Assembly (NCBI GenBank): GCA_051294905.1
Contig: CM119372.1
Location: 2,854,001 to 2,918,000 of the forward strand
From: Botryllus schlosseri
Lineage: Eukaryota
DNA length: 64,000 bases
Direction: 5' to 3'
The notes under the pieces are model-generated. The model had not been told where the DNA came from, did no database searches, and saw nothing but the letters and a program-made list of their open reading frames with translations. The position numbers and the translations under genes are program-made. Positions within the stretch are counted from its first letter, which is position 1. Each line of letters starts with the position of its first letter. Below, one piece after another: positions 1 through 13,600 of this stretch.

Positions 1-1681
1 TTCCGAGACCGAAGTTCCGAGGCTGCTGTCCTTAGTTCTTCAAAGACCATTCAAATTGATGTTCTGGATTCAATATGACAGGCCCAATCTATGAGATAAC
101 AATTGCGTATGTGTCCGAAGTCGTTGACCTTTGCAGTTAGGCTTACGCAATCTCTCGAGTTCTAGTCATTGGAATTAGTCTGGTCAAGTCAAGTGCGAAC
201 ATGAATCGTATTAAATCTTTGCTCCGTACGTAGGCTAGTTTACGCAGTTGCCTTTAGAGCGAAAATTAAAGGTCTAGAAGACTACTCCTTGTCGCTTCGA
301 CATATTCCTGTCTTTTCATTGTATCGCATTTTTGTGGTGTATTGAACTGATAAAATTGCTAATAAACCAATGATGATGATGATAGAAATTGTCCAGTCCA
401 TTGATCCAATCGTACGCCGGGTACCTCCGCTTTGGTTGCCTATCACCTGGTCGTAACTCGTAACCACCAGCTCAGTGGTCGTAACACACCAGGATCGTGT
501 ACGAAACACTTTCGGACGGCCTATCGATTTGAGTAATCTCTAACTCTACCATTAAATCATAACGCATGCTACTAAGGATGACCTGATAATTGATTCGTGG
601 CATAGGGACGATTCTTAGTTCACGTGCATTATGTAAAATAATCCTTTGATTAAAAAAAAATGAATAAAACATTTGTTACCACACTTCAAGTCACGGCTCA
701 CCGGCAAACCTCTCGCGGCACCTATACGTTAAAATCACTGTTGTCGGGAAATTCATGTGACCATCATATTAAAGTTACTTTTTTACGTTGGAAAACGCCA
801 TCGTGACGTCATGTTGATAAAAGTCGCTCGCAGCCCTTGCCCCACCACCCGATATTGTCACGAGCCGCCACTGATATAATTTCACATCGCTACAATCATT
901 TTGCGACAGCCGATCAAATGTCAAATTTCCTCGCCAATCTGTGGGTCCAACACTCACACTTATTGGCATCATTAGCCAACAGCAGGATGTCCATTTTTTT
1001 TATCATAGACAACCAGGTTTTATGAAGTTACAATGCGTGTTGGAGGCCGGCATCTCGTAACGTTGCTCCAAGACAAGCTACATATATTTTTGAATTGCGA
1101 TGGTGGTTATGTTAAATGGATATTGCGTGATAACCATTCTACCAAATCGCAGAAAATTCATGTCACTGGTAGCTACATTCTTAGAGTCTACGATTTAAAA
1201 ACTCGCTTGGTAGTTTACGGAGTAGAAGTGACGATAAGCGAAATGCAAGTTGTATCGCGACAGCGGTTTATGATATTTATATAGGAATATTTATCATTAA
1301 TATTACTTTTATTCATATGCGCGTTGCGCAACTTTGTCTTCAAATAGACGTCGACCGGGGTGGGTGAGTCATGAATCACAATATTAGATATGAACGTAGA
1401 CAGTGAGCGATTTTCTGAGTTATGCAATCAATTTGACAAATCGAATGAAAGATCATTATCACGGTTTTGGCAAAACTGTAAACGTATGGAAAAAGTATGG
1501 AAGTATGGAAAATCAATTCCATACCATACTTGGGAAACTTCCATACCATACCATACCATACCATGCCCTGAGTACAAGGCCCTTCGTTCTGTCGTCACAC
1601 TTAAGCTGTCGTAATCCACAATCTGAAAGTTGCAAAGTATCTACGAGATAGTACTGTTGTAAACCAAAATACTTTCTTCAG

Positions 1682-4600
1682 AACTGGATAGAGACTTCTT
1701 GGATTCGGTAAAAAAATTTGTCGAGGAGATCGCCAACCCAGAAAAGCTCAAGCCCAAAAGATCTCGTCACAGGCTCTTGAATGCGAGGGAGATAGTCAAC
1801 ACTATTGCAGGATGCGATCAATTGTTTGCGGACAAAATGTTTAAAGCAAGCATGATGGTTGAGGTAAGAAGCTCTGGACCGAAAAATTAAGATTACAATA
1901 TATGTTCTATATAGACGTATGCCCTAGCTCAGGGGTGGGCATACGGGTATACGGGCTCAGGTATTTGATTATATAGTGAGGACATGCAGATAATATGTAT
2001 GCTTATTTGAAACAAACCTAACACTGTGTTGATGATATCGTACACGTGTCAGAAACAGTGGCGAGATTTCATAGATTGTTCAACCTCAATCACCAATTTG
2101 TCAAAACTATAGAAATGAAAGTCGGTTGTCCTGATTCTTAGAACAGGATTTAAATATGTGAGCAGCGATATGTTCATAGATTTACTAATTCCACTTTTGG
2201 TTCAGTTCCAGGACGCACAATGCTGACTGCATCATAACCATGTTAGCGACAAATACGCTTCTACTATGTGTATATAAAATATAAATACCCTAATTCCTCG
2301 CATACAGAGAACGAATCTACCTAAAGCACGCGCGAATCGCATTTTATAAGCATATCGCTTGAATAATTGAAACTGGAGAAGCAAATTTGAAATCACACTC
2401 GTGTTCCGAATTATGCCAATCTCGTTTAAGATTTCTGTGATATTTAGCAGTTGAAACCTTTCAAACTGCGTGGGGCTTGAGATCGGGATGTCGCGTCAGA
2501 AATTAAACATAAAAAATGATATAGGAAGTATTTACCTTAGAACCAGTGGTTCTCAAACTTTTTAAGATAAGTCCCTTCATGATGGTGAAAGATTTCGCGC
2601 CCTCCTCATCGTCTTATAACAAAACGCGCAACCAGGATGTTAGCAAACCTAACGGTAAGTTTGATGGCATGGAAGGTTACGACTGTGGATGAGAGATTTT
2701 AAAATATGAAATTAAGACTAAATACAGAGCAATAAATATGAATTGGATGTAAATCGCGCATAGCGCGAAAAATATTTCGCGCCCTCCTTCAGACGCTTTC
2801 ACGCCCCAACGTGGGGCGCGCCTTCCCCCCAGTTTGAGAACCGCTGCCTTAGAATTATCATGGTGAAATATAATAAGAAAAAGTTTAATCAAATCCCTGC
2901 AATAATTCGATTTTTAGTACGAATTTTATCATTAGTTTTAATTAGGCTCTTTAGACTCTCGCGGGCTGCACAGAACGGTGTTGCATGCCGCATGCGACCC
3001 GCGGGCCGTAGTTTGCCCACCCCTGCCCTAGCTAGACAAAATAATTCTTTTTAGGGCCAACAGTCCACACAAACAGCTAACCCATAGTTTACGTGTGTCT
3101 CTACTTCGTATTTAAATCGTTTGTTATTTCTCCATGATAAAAGCTAAAAATCAGAAATTCAGCGTTTACGACAGTAAGTGCTGGATGCAAACATGACTCG
3201 TGTATACCGCATGGGCATTGGACAACGGTGAATGTGCCAAGAGCGGTATGGCCATCTTTTCTTGAAGGAGTATGAATGAACCAGGGTTGTAACCAAGTCA
3301 CAAGGTTCCAAGTCACAAGTCAATCTCACTTTTATAGTTTCGACTCGAGTCAAGTCGAGTCATTTTAAATTCACGACTGAGTCAAGTCCGAGTCCAAGTC
3401 ACGCAGTTGAGTGTCGAGTCCGGGTCATGGTGTTTTGACTCGAGCCCGAGTCCAAGTCCTTTATTGACTGTTCAGTTCCGATATGATGTCATGTGGAACC
3501 CACTTTTTACAAATCTGCTCGTTGATATCGAATGCTTCGTATTCATAACATACTGGTTTTCCTTACTGTTAACACTTTCTGGCAGCATTTTCAAGTACCA
3601 GTATTGATAGACGCAGTATCTATATTGTGATAGCTTTACTATTCTTCGAAATTACAATGAAATGCCTGTCTTTATAGATCCAGTCTCGAGTGATATGACT
3701 TGGTCCGAGTCATGCGCAATGACTGAGTACAAGTCGAGTCAATAGACAAATTGACTCGAGTGGAGTCGAGTCATTTTTCATTTTCAGGAGTTTCAGGAAA
3801 ATGACTCGAGTCAAGTCGATTCACCGAAAAATCGCGACTACTCGAGTATGACTCGAGTCACTACAACCCTGGAATGAACCCTAATGAGTGTTTTGCAGAA
3901 CTCATTTTTCAATTATCTTTTCTAAATGGCCTGTGCTGTGCTGTAGTATACTCTCAATGCCACGCGCTTCCCAAGTTCGAGGCATAAAATGCAGCTCTGA
4001 CATAGGGTTGCCAAACGTCCGGAATTTCGTGGACATTTCCGTTATTTCACTGTAAAAACTGTGTCTGGGAGGAAACTCTAAAATATGACTAAATGTCCGG
4101 AATTCTGAAGGCTTGAAGTAGGCTGAATTCTTTTTCGCAAATCAACATAAACAATATGATTTTTATGTGGATTTATGCAATTTGAAATTTTTATTCGCGC
4201 TATGCGCGATTTATTCTAATGTATATTGATGTTAATATAGGGGCCATGCACCACCCTCTCAAAAATGAAATCAAAAGTAAATAAGAAATAACCAGCATTT
4301 ACTGAAATAAGTGTAATTGTAATCGCCTTTATATGATGACGGTATATTCCTACAGTTGGTTATGGCCGTTTGCATGCTTTAGTCAAAGACGGGTATGTTC
4401 TTTTTCTTTTATTCTGGGTATCGCGAAGATATTGGACGTTATCAGCTTCCAAAATAGACCATGAGTTAGTCTGGGTAAAATGACCTTTTTTAGTAATCAG
4501 GCTCTCAATTTTTGGGTTAGACCACGGAACCCTTTCAAATTTTAAATGAAATCACGACCTTAAAGGGTTGGAAACCACTGGATGTGCCACCAGCTGGTGA

Positions 4601-7600
4601 ATTTTATAGTTATATATGGAATGGAAGAACAAATATTATTGACAGAATTCATTCACAAAATTTAACAACCAGATACATATAATAAGCCCCAAGAAGTTGC
4701 TTCGATTACCCTATGGTTAGCCAAAGATAAGTGCTTTTTTGGCGGAAAGGGGGGGGGGTGGAGAGAAATGTTGTTTCGGATCTGGTTACCCTTACAACAC
4801 ACAACCAGATAATTGCACCGACCTAACAGTATTGAAGAGTTGTCAAACACAACACCGACGGACCGGATATGTTCCGCCACACGATTTCATCCAGCCCGCG
4901 AAGAAATCTGTTGCAGACCCAAGCAATCGTCAGAGCTCACATTAGAGTGGGTCCACCTATCTGTTCCACTCCACTTCCGTATACCAGTTTTAGATATCCC
5001 TGTCGTATACAGTCGATAAGCGCAAAGCTTTGCTGGTGTGACGTCATATTGACTGACAATGTGTTCATACCTCATAGTAAATCCCGCTAGTAGGCGCTAA
5101 AGAGTGTCCGGAACTTGAGCCACAAAAATATGGTAACCCTGCTCTGGCACCAAACAAGTTTTAGAACCACTATTCTGCACGTTACATATGCTATTAGGTG
5201 TAGACTATGTAGCCTATATATAGCTGTATGAAGTTTGACTCTCAGATCAGGACTTTATATTCCTAATAAAATTATTATTCTAGAAAAATGTGGAAGGATA
5301 CTATGCGTCTGAATGCCAGGAAGCAATCACCGAATACGCAAAAATGTTGGAGGTAAGGCACGTGCACTGTTGGACCAAGCGACACTGCAAACTAACCTTA
5401 TATACAGCCTATCTTCCGATATACGTAACCGTATAAACTTATCGTATAAATCTGATCCCACAGAAAATTCCCCTTCCTTTTCATTTCCAGCAACGATTGG
5501 TGAAGGCAGGGTTGGACCAGGTGGCGAGGAAAACGGCGGAGACGGAAACAAGAAAGCACGCTATGAGAAGATACGACGTTGCGCCGTCTATGGGGTCAGA
5601 AAAAATACGGAAAAAGTATAGCACCGAACTGCAACGAAGCATTGGAGAATGTTACAACAATACCATAAAACGGTTGGAAACACAGCAGGTATGTACTCAT
5701 CGACTAGGATCTGCATCAGCTTGAGAGTATTGGAATTTAATTCGTATACCTGTTCCTCAGAAACTGCGTCAGACTATGGTTAAGGAGCATACCGAAGCCG
5801 CAACACAGCAGTATTCCAAGTTTATGGAGGTGAGGGATGTAGACCGATCGCTTTGATCCCTATGGCAATATCTGTTAGGGTCAGTCTGATATTTGCTTTT
5901 CGATGTTCGTACTCGTTCATCATTGTACATTGGGGTTTGCAAGTGATCGAATAAGTTGTTGGCCAAGCGGTTGGTCTCTCCAAGCGAGATAGTGCAATGG
6001 AGATGGGTCCGGCTTTATGGAACGGTATGTCGTTGGTTCGGTCCCCGACCGGGTCGGCGGTTAAGACCAAAAAATCGAAAGCTGGAATCCGCGGTAATCG
6101 TGCTAGGCGCTCAGCATCCACAGATAGCTTGGGGGAGTAAAAACGGAGGTGCAGACTAACTGACCATACTGTCGTATCGCATCTCCATCGTAAAAAACAT
6201 CTCGATACATTCTTTTTCTCTTCTTTCTCTCCCCTAATGACATTTGCAATAGGATGATTGTAACTGCTCCTAACGCAAGGAGAGTTATTGAATCCAATTT
6301 TAATTGAACTCAAATCCCACGATCGATCCTGACAAATGATGATCCGTTGATTAAGGTTGAAATAATATATTCGAATGAACGATGTAACAAATGAATGTCC
6401 CAAATACAGCAAATAAGGTAGGTCGTGAAACTAGGTTTTAAAATAGTGGTCGCCTGCGGTTAGAGTTATAATAATGCAGACAAGCCTGCATGAAATAGAA
6501 CACAAGTTAAGGACTATAGCGACCACACACAACGTAAGCAACAACGTACATTCAGCTAACCGAATAAACTAAGAGGCGACGCCTTAACAACATATATAAA
6601 GGACGGAACACGTTGCGCATAATCAACTAATGAATATAATTACTACACTAAACACTGCAGTAACATGGCTCCTCCGAAACTGCAATTTGATGAAATTGTG
6701 GTTTCGCAAACAAATTAATTCAACAAAGGCCCGCATCGTCGGGGATCGACCCACAAATACATACTACATTAAGATCTAAAGACACGTATACGTACGATAA
6801 GCATACAGTATTAAAAGAATTCAACCATTGCCACGATACCAACTAAGCGAGATTTAGACAATCATTTCAATGGAACAACTACGGTTCTGGTTTAACCGAC
6901 TGACAGTGCGACTCAACTAGTATGAGCTTGTGTTTTGGCCGTTCCAGACAAGTCGGCTTTCCGTTAGCGTCTCTTCGCCAAACGAGTATCCTTGCTTTCC
7001 TCACCAACCCATCTTCTGAAGGATAAACGGAGTCGATTCTGCCCAGTTCCAGCGATGTCGTGGCAGATTTTCTTCCGACAGCAAGACGACATCACTGACT
7101 TTCAGATTCCGTACGACGCGTGTCCACTTTTGTCACCGTTGCAGAGATTGAACGTACTCTTTTCTCCACCGATTCCAAAATTCGTTGGTCATATATTGGA
7201 CTCGGCGCCACCTGCGTCTCAAATCAAAACCATCTTTTTGATACACGCCAGGTGGAGGCAGAACAATGGTGGATTTCAAAGTCAATGTGATTCGGAGTCA
7301 AAGGTTCGGGAGCAGAAGGGTCATTAATGCCTGAAACATCTAATGGTCGCGAGTTAACGATACATTCAACTTTACAAAGAAAAGTTCTGAAGGATTCGTC
7401 TGAGAATGTGACCAAAATTATTCAACAATGGGTCAAGAGCAGATTTTATCGCTCTAATCTGACGCTCCACATATCCAGACATGTGGCTGGCATGCGGTAT
7501 CGTAAACTTGAACTCGAAATAATCACAATTTTTCGACAACAGAAATTCACTTATTCTTTGCTGATTCATCGCCTTCAATTCTCTTTCAAGCTCGTTACTC

Positions 7601-10600
7601 GCGCCGACGAAATTGGTCCCACAGTCACAGCGCAATTGCTTGATTACTCCTCTCCGACAGATGAACCTTCTCAAAGCATTTATGAACGAATCCGAGGTTA
7701 AAGTATTCAGCGGTTCCAGATGAACTGCTCTCGAAGACATACAAGTGAAAACGACACAATACCTCGCGATTTCAGGGCATTTTTTCATTCTTCGGCTCAA
7801 ATGTTCAGTACTTTCTGAATATCTTGCATTTATTTCTTTGTTCTTACTGCATGTCGCCACCGGCCGCTTCTTCATTACATCAGACGGTCCTTCACCGTCA
7901 TGTTAGCCTGCATTGTGGTCGTGGCGCGGTACATCAGCGTCATTAACGGACGTTGCGCCCACATGGGCGGTTCCATGAGCTTTATCGGATGCCTTTGCAT
8001 CAGCGGACGTTACATCCACATGCGTGGTTCCACGAGATTTATCGGCGTCATCAGCGGACGTTGCATCCACATTCGCGGTTCTATGGTCGTCATCGCATGC
8101 CTTAACATCATGATTATCCATCTCGTGATCGATTGGCGTGTCTTTCGAAGCCATCTTCGAAATTGCTTCAGTCTCCCGTTCTTACGACAAGCGTATATTA
8201 TAAAACCGTAACTGCTCCTAACGTAAGGAGAGTTATTGAAACCACTTTAAATTGAACTCAAATCCCACGATCGATCCTGACAAATGATGATCCGTTGATG
8301 AAGGTTGAAATAATATATCCGAATGAACGACGTAACAAATGAATGTCCCAAATACAGCAAATAAGGTGGGTCGTGAAACTAGGTTTTAAAATAGTGGTCG
8401 CCTGCGGTAAGAGTTATAATAATGGAGACGAAATAGAATACAAGTTAAGGACTATAGCGACCACACACAACGTAAGCAACAACGTACATTCAGCTAACCA
8501 AATAAACTAAGAGGCGACGCCCTAACAACATATATAAAGGACGGAACACGTGGCGCCTAATCAACTAATGATTATAATCACTACACTAAACACTGCAGAT
8601 TATTGCAGTAACAATGATAATTTATACCCTATTGACGCTACTCTGCAAGGAATCACGGAATTGAGGTTGTCAAGTGAAGTTCCTTCCTGGCTACGTCAGC
8701 AATGGAGCTACTCCTCGGGTTTCATACCTACATTTCTTCCATGCGTTTCCGTATTTATGCAATTCATTGAGTTATTTGTACAATATCTAAACTAGGAATT
8801 ACCGACAATAGGCTGTAATGTGACGCTGTTATGAAGATTGTATTTTTATTGTATTTAGTTTATTGTTGTTAACGTGTTGCAACTGCTAATTAAAATTAGC
8901 GATACCATTACATTAGGGTGACCATTACATTACCTTCCTGTCTGTGAACATTGACAGTGTGTCAACGGTAGGATTGGATCGGTATAAGTGTGAATACCAG
9001 CAAGCTATCTGGTGCAACCAACTTGGCCAGATTCTCGACTATAGCCAAACTTTATATAATTGAATTTCCAATAAAAATGTAACGTGTGTTCGTTTGACTA
9101 GTCAACGAATATACGTATGTTACAGGATGTTCGTTAGGCCATATAATTCCGTGTATATTGCTCATTCGAACACGTTTCTCGAAGATTTTGACATGCCCAT
9201 TCTGGGTTTGTCCAACAGATCAGTATACTGGACAGAGAGAAACCGTCCACTAGTAGCTATCTATATCTTGGCCTATGGGTAAATATGTTATTATAAGTTC
9301 CAGTTTATTTTACTAAGGATGAAATATTCAACGCTACGGGTAATGAATCATTGGAAGAGATTCACCAGCGTGTGACGAAAACCATTGCGGTATCATTGGG
9401 CGACAAACTCAACACCGATGTGTTCCGGAAGCAAGTCACTGAAAGTTTTGGACGTTCGCGGGATGAATATGCCAAACAAATGGAAGAGAGTATTCAGTCA
9501 AAGGTAAATATTAACGCGATCACATCTTACGCCGTATAGTTAGAGCAATATGGCATTGACCTCCTCGTACTGTATTCTTGGAAAATATGATTGAACCTGG
9601 ACCGCCTTATTGTGTCGCATAATATTAAATCAGTATGTCAGGCAACTGTCAATATCACTCGAATAAGATCAGCTTCTTTAACAAATGTAAATTTGAGAAG
9701 ACTGTTCCTTAATATTTTGAATTGTGCATAGTAGATGGGAAACTTCATAATTGTGGTATCCGTCTGTATACGCCGGACAATCTGTCATCTTGTAATGCAT
9801 TTCTATGCTTTTCATCGTGGATGTCGTTTTTCAGACTGATGCAGAAAAGAGGCTGTTCTCACTTGTACAGCAGGAGCTCCGAGAAGAATGCGAAAACATG
9901 TGGATCGAGGTGCAAATGTTTTCCAGTTACAATATAATACTACAGTTAACTAACCTACGGATAGATGCGCATCACGTGATTCACGGTCGAGTGATGCTAC
10001 AGTCACAGATTTGTTGTCGCTTCATAGCATGAAACGGCAACGTAATTGTTAATCCCATAGATGACGACCTGACCGCTCAAATTTATTAACGTTGATATTA
10101 TTCGAAAGCTACAATCGCGCTGATTCTGATAATATACATTAGAGTTTCATTGAGGCAATGGAACCACCCCGAAATAGCTTTCAAAATCTGAAAATCGGCA
10201 TTGTTCTAATCCAGTGGTTCCCAACCTTTTTCGACTCATCGCCCCCTTTTCAAGCTCAACACCGATCATCGCCCCCCTAATTTTGTGAAACGGGTTGACT
10301 AAAAAAAAAGGTCAACTTTTCGGCTCGATGTCGAATTTTACACTTTTGCAACTAAATTTCCGTGGGTTGACTAAAAATAAAAGAAGGTCATTTTTCCGAT
10401 TTGACTCCAATACAGCCGTTTACCGCGTCATCGCCCCCCCTGTCGCCCCCTTCGGTATTTTCGCCCCCTGTCGCCCCCTTTGTTCATTTTCGCCCCCTTT
10501 CGCCCTCTTCGTCATTTTCGCCCCCCTAGACCGCCAAATCGCCCCCTGGGGGGCGATATCGCCCACGTTGGGAACCACTGTTCTAAACAATCGCAACGAT

Positions 10601-13600
10601 GCAGCACAAGTACCATAACAATGGTCTTTGCCTGGTTTGCGATTGTTCAGAACAATGCCGACTTTCAGACTTTGAGGGGTATTTCGAAGGGGGTTCCATT
10701 GCCCTGATCAGATTTTGATGTATATTATCAAAATCAGTGCGACAGTAGCTTTCAAATATGATCAACTTCATTAAATTTGAGCGCTCGGGTCGTCATCTAT
10801 GGGATTAGTAATGACGTTGCCGTTTCATGCTATGAAGCGACAACAAATCTGCGACTGTAGCATCACTCGACCGTGAATCACGTGATGCGCATCTATCCAT
10901 AGGTTATTTATTTATAATAATACGACTAAGCTCTAAGTAGGATGACGTCACAGTGATACTAAATAATCTCTCGGTATTACGTGAAAGATCTCACGCGTAA
11001 CGATTAGAGCTGGGTTAAATCCAGTACCTGAGTGATTCGATTCTTAATCACGTATTACGGTTCGAGTCGAGTCGAGTATTCGAGTATCCCGCATTATGAC
11101 GTCAGAACAGAATGTAGTATGTCAAATCCAAATATGTACCTTTTATGCCACCACAAAGAACATATTGCCTGTTATCAGCCACATTAGAGATACTTTGGTA
11201 TTTTTTCAACCATACCGATTTCATTGCACATCTTGACAATGTTGTGGGATGATCGTGACGTCGGAAATGTGTTATTTCCAGTAATGTGCGTAGCTTTGTG
11301 CTATGTCTCGTATGCTGCGACACGGCAAATCAAGGTTTCAAGCCCCCCTCAGTAGAAAATATTATCAAAACTACAAACCTCGCTAGTAAATTGACTTTCA
11401 GTTGCTCGGAGCATGTAATTTTAGTACTCGAAAAAATCGTATTTTACTACTCGACTCGAAACATTGAAATTAATACTCTGTTCGGGTTCGAGTACTCGAA
11501 TCATTGTGCCCAGCCCTAGTGACAATATGAGTCACGAAATGTTTTTTCAGAGAATAAGTAAATTTAAATCCGATCGTGGTCCACATATACTCCGTCATCT
11601 CGGAAGCAGGGCTGAACACTGCGATTCAAGTAATCAAATCCGAATCGAATAGTAATCGTAATTACTCAATTCGAGTAGTGAGAAACTAAGTTTCCGAATA
11701 TACTAAATGCTTAAGCCGCTTTTGGGAATGATGCTAAAAACGTTACGTGCCATTCCAACTATCGTAATACGATTTCAGATGAATAGATGCGCCCTCGCTC
11801 AGACTATAGGACAGCTGGATAATTCTAGTTGACTAAATACTATAACTTTTTTGCAGTAATCTTAATTCTAATTTAATTTCTGTATATTTTCTTAAAATGC
11901 AACGGGATAACTGTGTAGAGTACGACGTGTATCCAACTTAGTGTACAGATATTTGCTATTCTCATGATTATGAGCATTAACTCTGATTTCATAGTAAACT
12001 AATTTGATTTTTGTTGCATCTGTTTCTTATTCTGAATTTAATTTAATTTCCAATTGTTCAAACTTTGAAGGAATTTGTACAAAATGTTTGGTTATAATTC
12101 TAATTCCTATCTGATTTGGATAACTTGAAAATATTCCATTTCATCTCTACCTCCATCATTTCTCAGAGGCTGATGAAGTATTTTCAAGAGGACGAGCTGG
12201 ACAAACACAAAGACGACATCGACGCTCAAATCGCTGATAAGTTCTGGAGGAACGCTGTGAACGCTACTGAATACAAATACATTAGACGTTTGTACGAGAG
12301 AATGGAAGCTGAGAGAGATGTTATTAAAATTGAGGTGAGAACTCAAATATATTAGAAACTTCGCGTAAGCGCTAGGCGTAAGCTATTGGCGGGCGTGGTC
12401 GCAATGGAAATGGAAGCAGCAATAACTGATAAGGGTATTACCATCGTTTCCGCAGGCTGGATGGTGCGTTGCGTCGAAACAAGATAAAAAGCATCACACC
12501 ACGGTAAGCACTCTATCTTCGTTTCTCCAAACCACCAAAGGCTTACAGGTAGAGTTTCCATCGACATGGATGGAAAATTCATGATCAGGGTTGTAACCAT
12601 GTCAAAAAGTTCCTAGTCACAAGTCAATATCACCCCTCAGTGAGCAGAGGGTCAAATCCGAGTCGTAGTGTTGTGACTCGAGTCCGAGTGCAATCACTGT
12701 GTTCACTGTTCAGTTTCAAGTCCGGGTCACGTTCAATCCCATTTTTTACAACTCTGCATTAATGATATCGAATGCCTCGCATTCATAATATACCAACTTT
12801 CTTGACTCTTTTTGACCGTTTCTGGCCATATTTACAAGTAGTTCTACCAGTACTGATAGAAAAAATACAGTAATTTGGAAACTTTACTGTTCTTCGACGT
12901 TACAATGAAATGCCTTTATTGCCTATCCGAGTCCCGAGACATTACATCCTTGCTAAGCACACCAAAAACGTATAAGTCATTATCCATTAATTTCAACACT
13001 AATTAGTAATTATTAAAAAGGTCTCTATTAATTCGCCTAATAGTCTTAATCACGCCTATTTCCGTTTTTGGTAAGCTGGCGACTACAAAAGGGTTGTCAC
13101 TTCCATGCAGTTCTAACCGTGGCCTCGGTATCAAAATGAGGACACACTTAGGACAATGAACAATGTGGACATCGCTCATCAAAATAAACACAATCTGACA
13201 AATATGGACGACATGAAAACCTCCGTTATATATGTCAGGATTCATTCGGGTCACATTTGACTCGTTTGGACTAGACTGACTGCTAACTATCTCTATTCCG
13301 ATCGCAGTGAAGTTTATGTGCGACCTTTAGTGAATTCTCCTTTACATTGTCAGGTTGACAGCGATCAGCACTACGCCGCAAAGCTGAATGAGCTTGTGCA
13401 CGACTACAGCGAGAAATTAAAAATTGGAATCGTAAGGGATTTACATTCGGAATATTGTTGTTGCTTCTTTCATAGCCGAAGGCGTTGAACGATGGAAAAT
13501 TTGTTATAGACAAATCATTCGGAGGACTCTGAAGAATACGACAATTTCGAAAACGAACTCGATCGTTCGATCGAAAGGGATTTCTACGATTTCTGTAATC

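Noticed and set aside
1..140. LPRP and QRPFKLMFW peptides reminiscent of atlastin G-domain motifs
   Set aside because: They are in different frames, hit stops quickly and have no compatible phase-1 donor; not supportable without upstream sequence.
2206..2270. Apparent short GTPase exon FQDAQC*LHHNHVSDKYASTM
   Set aside because: It has a stop, lacks a phase-0 donor and lies inside the TSD-bounded MITE 1930-3025. Exon 5284-5352 fits properly.
3282..3871. Regularly recurring GACTCGAGTC (and TCGCCCCC at 10212-10580) resembling a CRISPR-like array
   Set aside because: Repeats are short, irregularly spaced and enclosed by TIRs with 8-bp TSDs; there are no cas genes and the context is eukaryotic.
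6666..6680. TGGCTCCTCCG after the left LTR as a plus-strand primer-binding site
   Set aside because: Coding remnants are on the minus strand, where this sequence reads as the purine tract preceding the 3' LTR.
12335..12433. 21-nt GT..AG micro-intron followed by KLRVSARRK..
   Set aside because: Too short for a normal intron and no good downstream donor. Exon 13354-13431 supplies the expected short exon.
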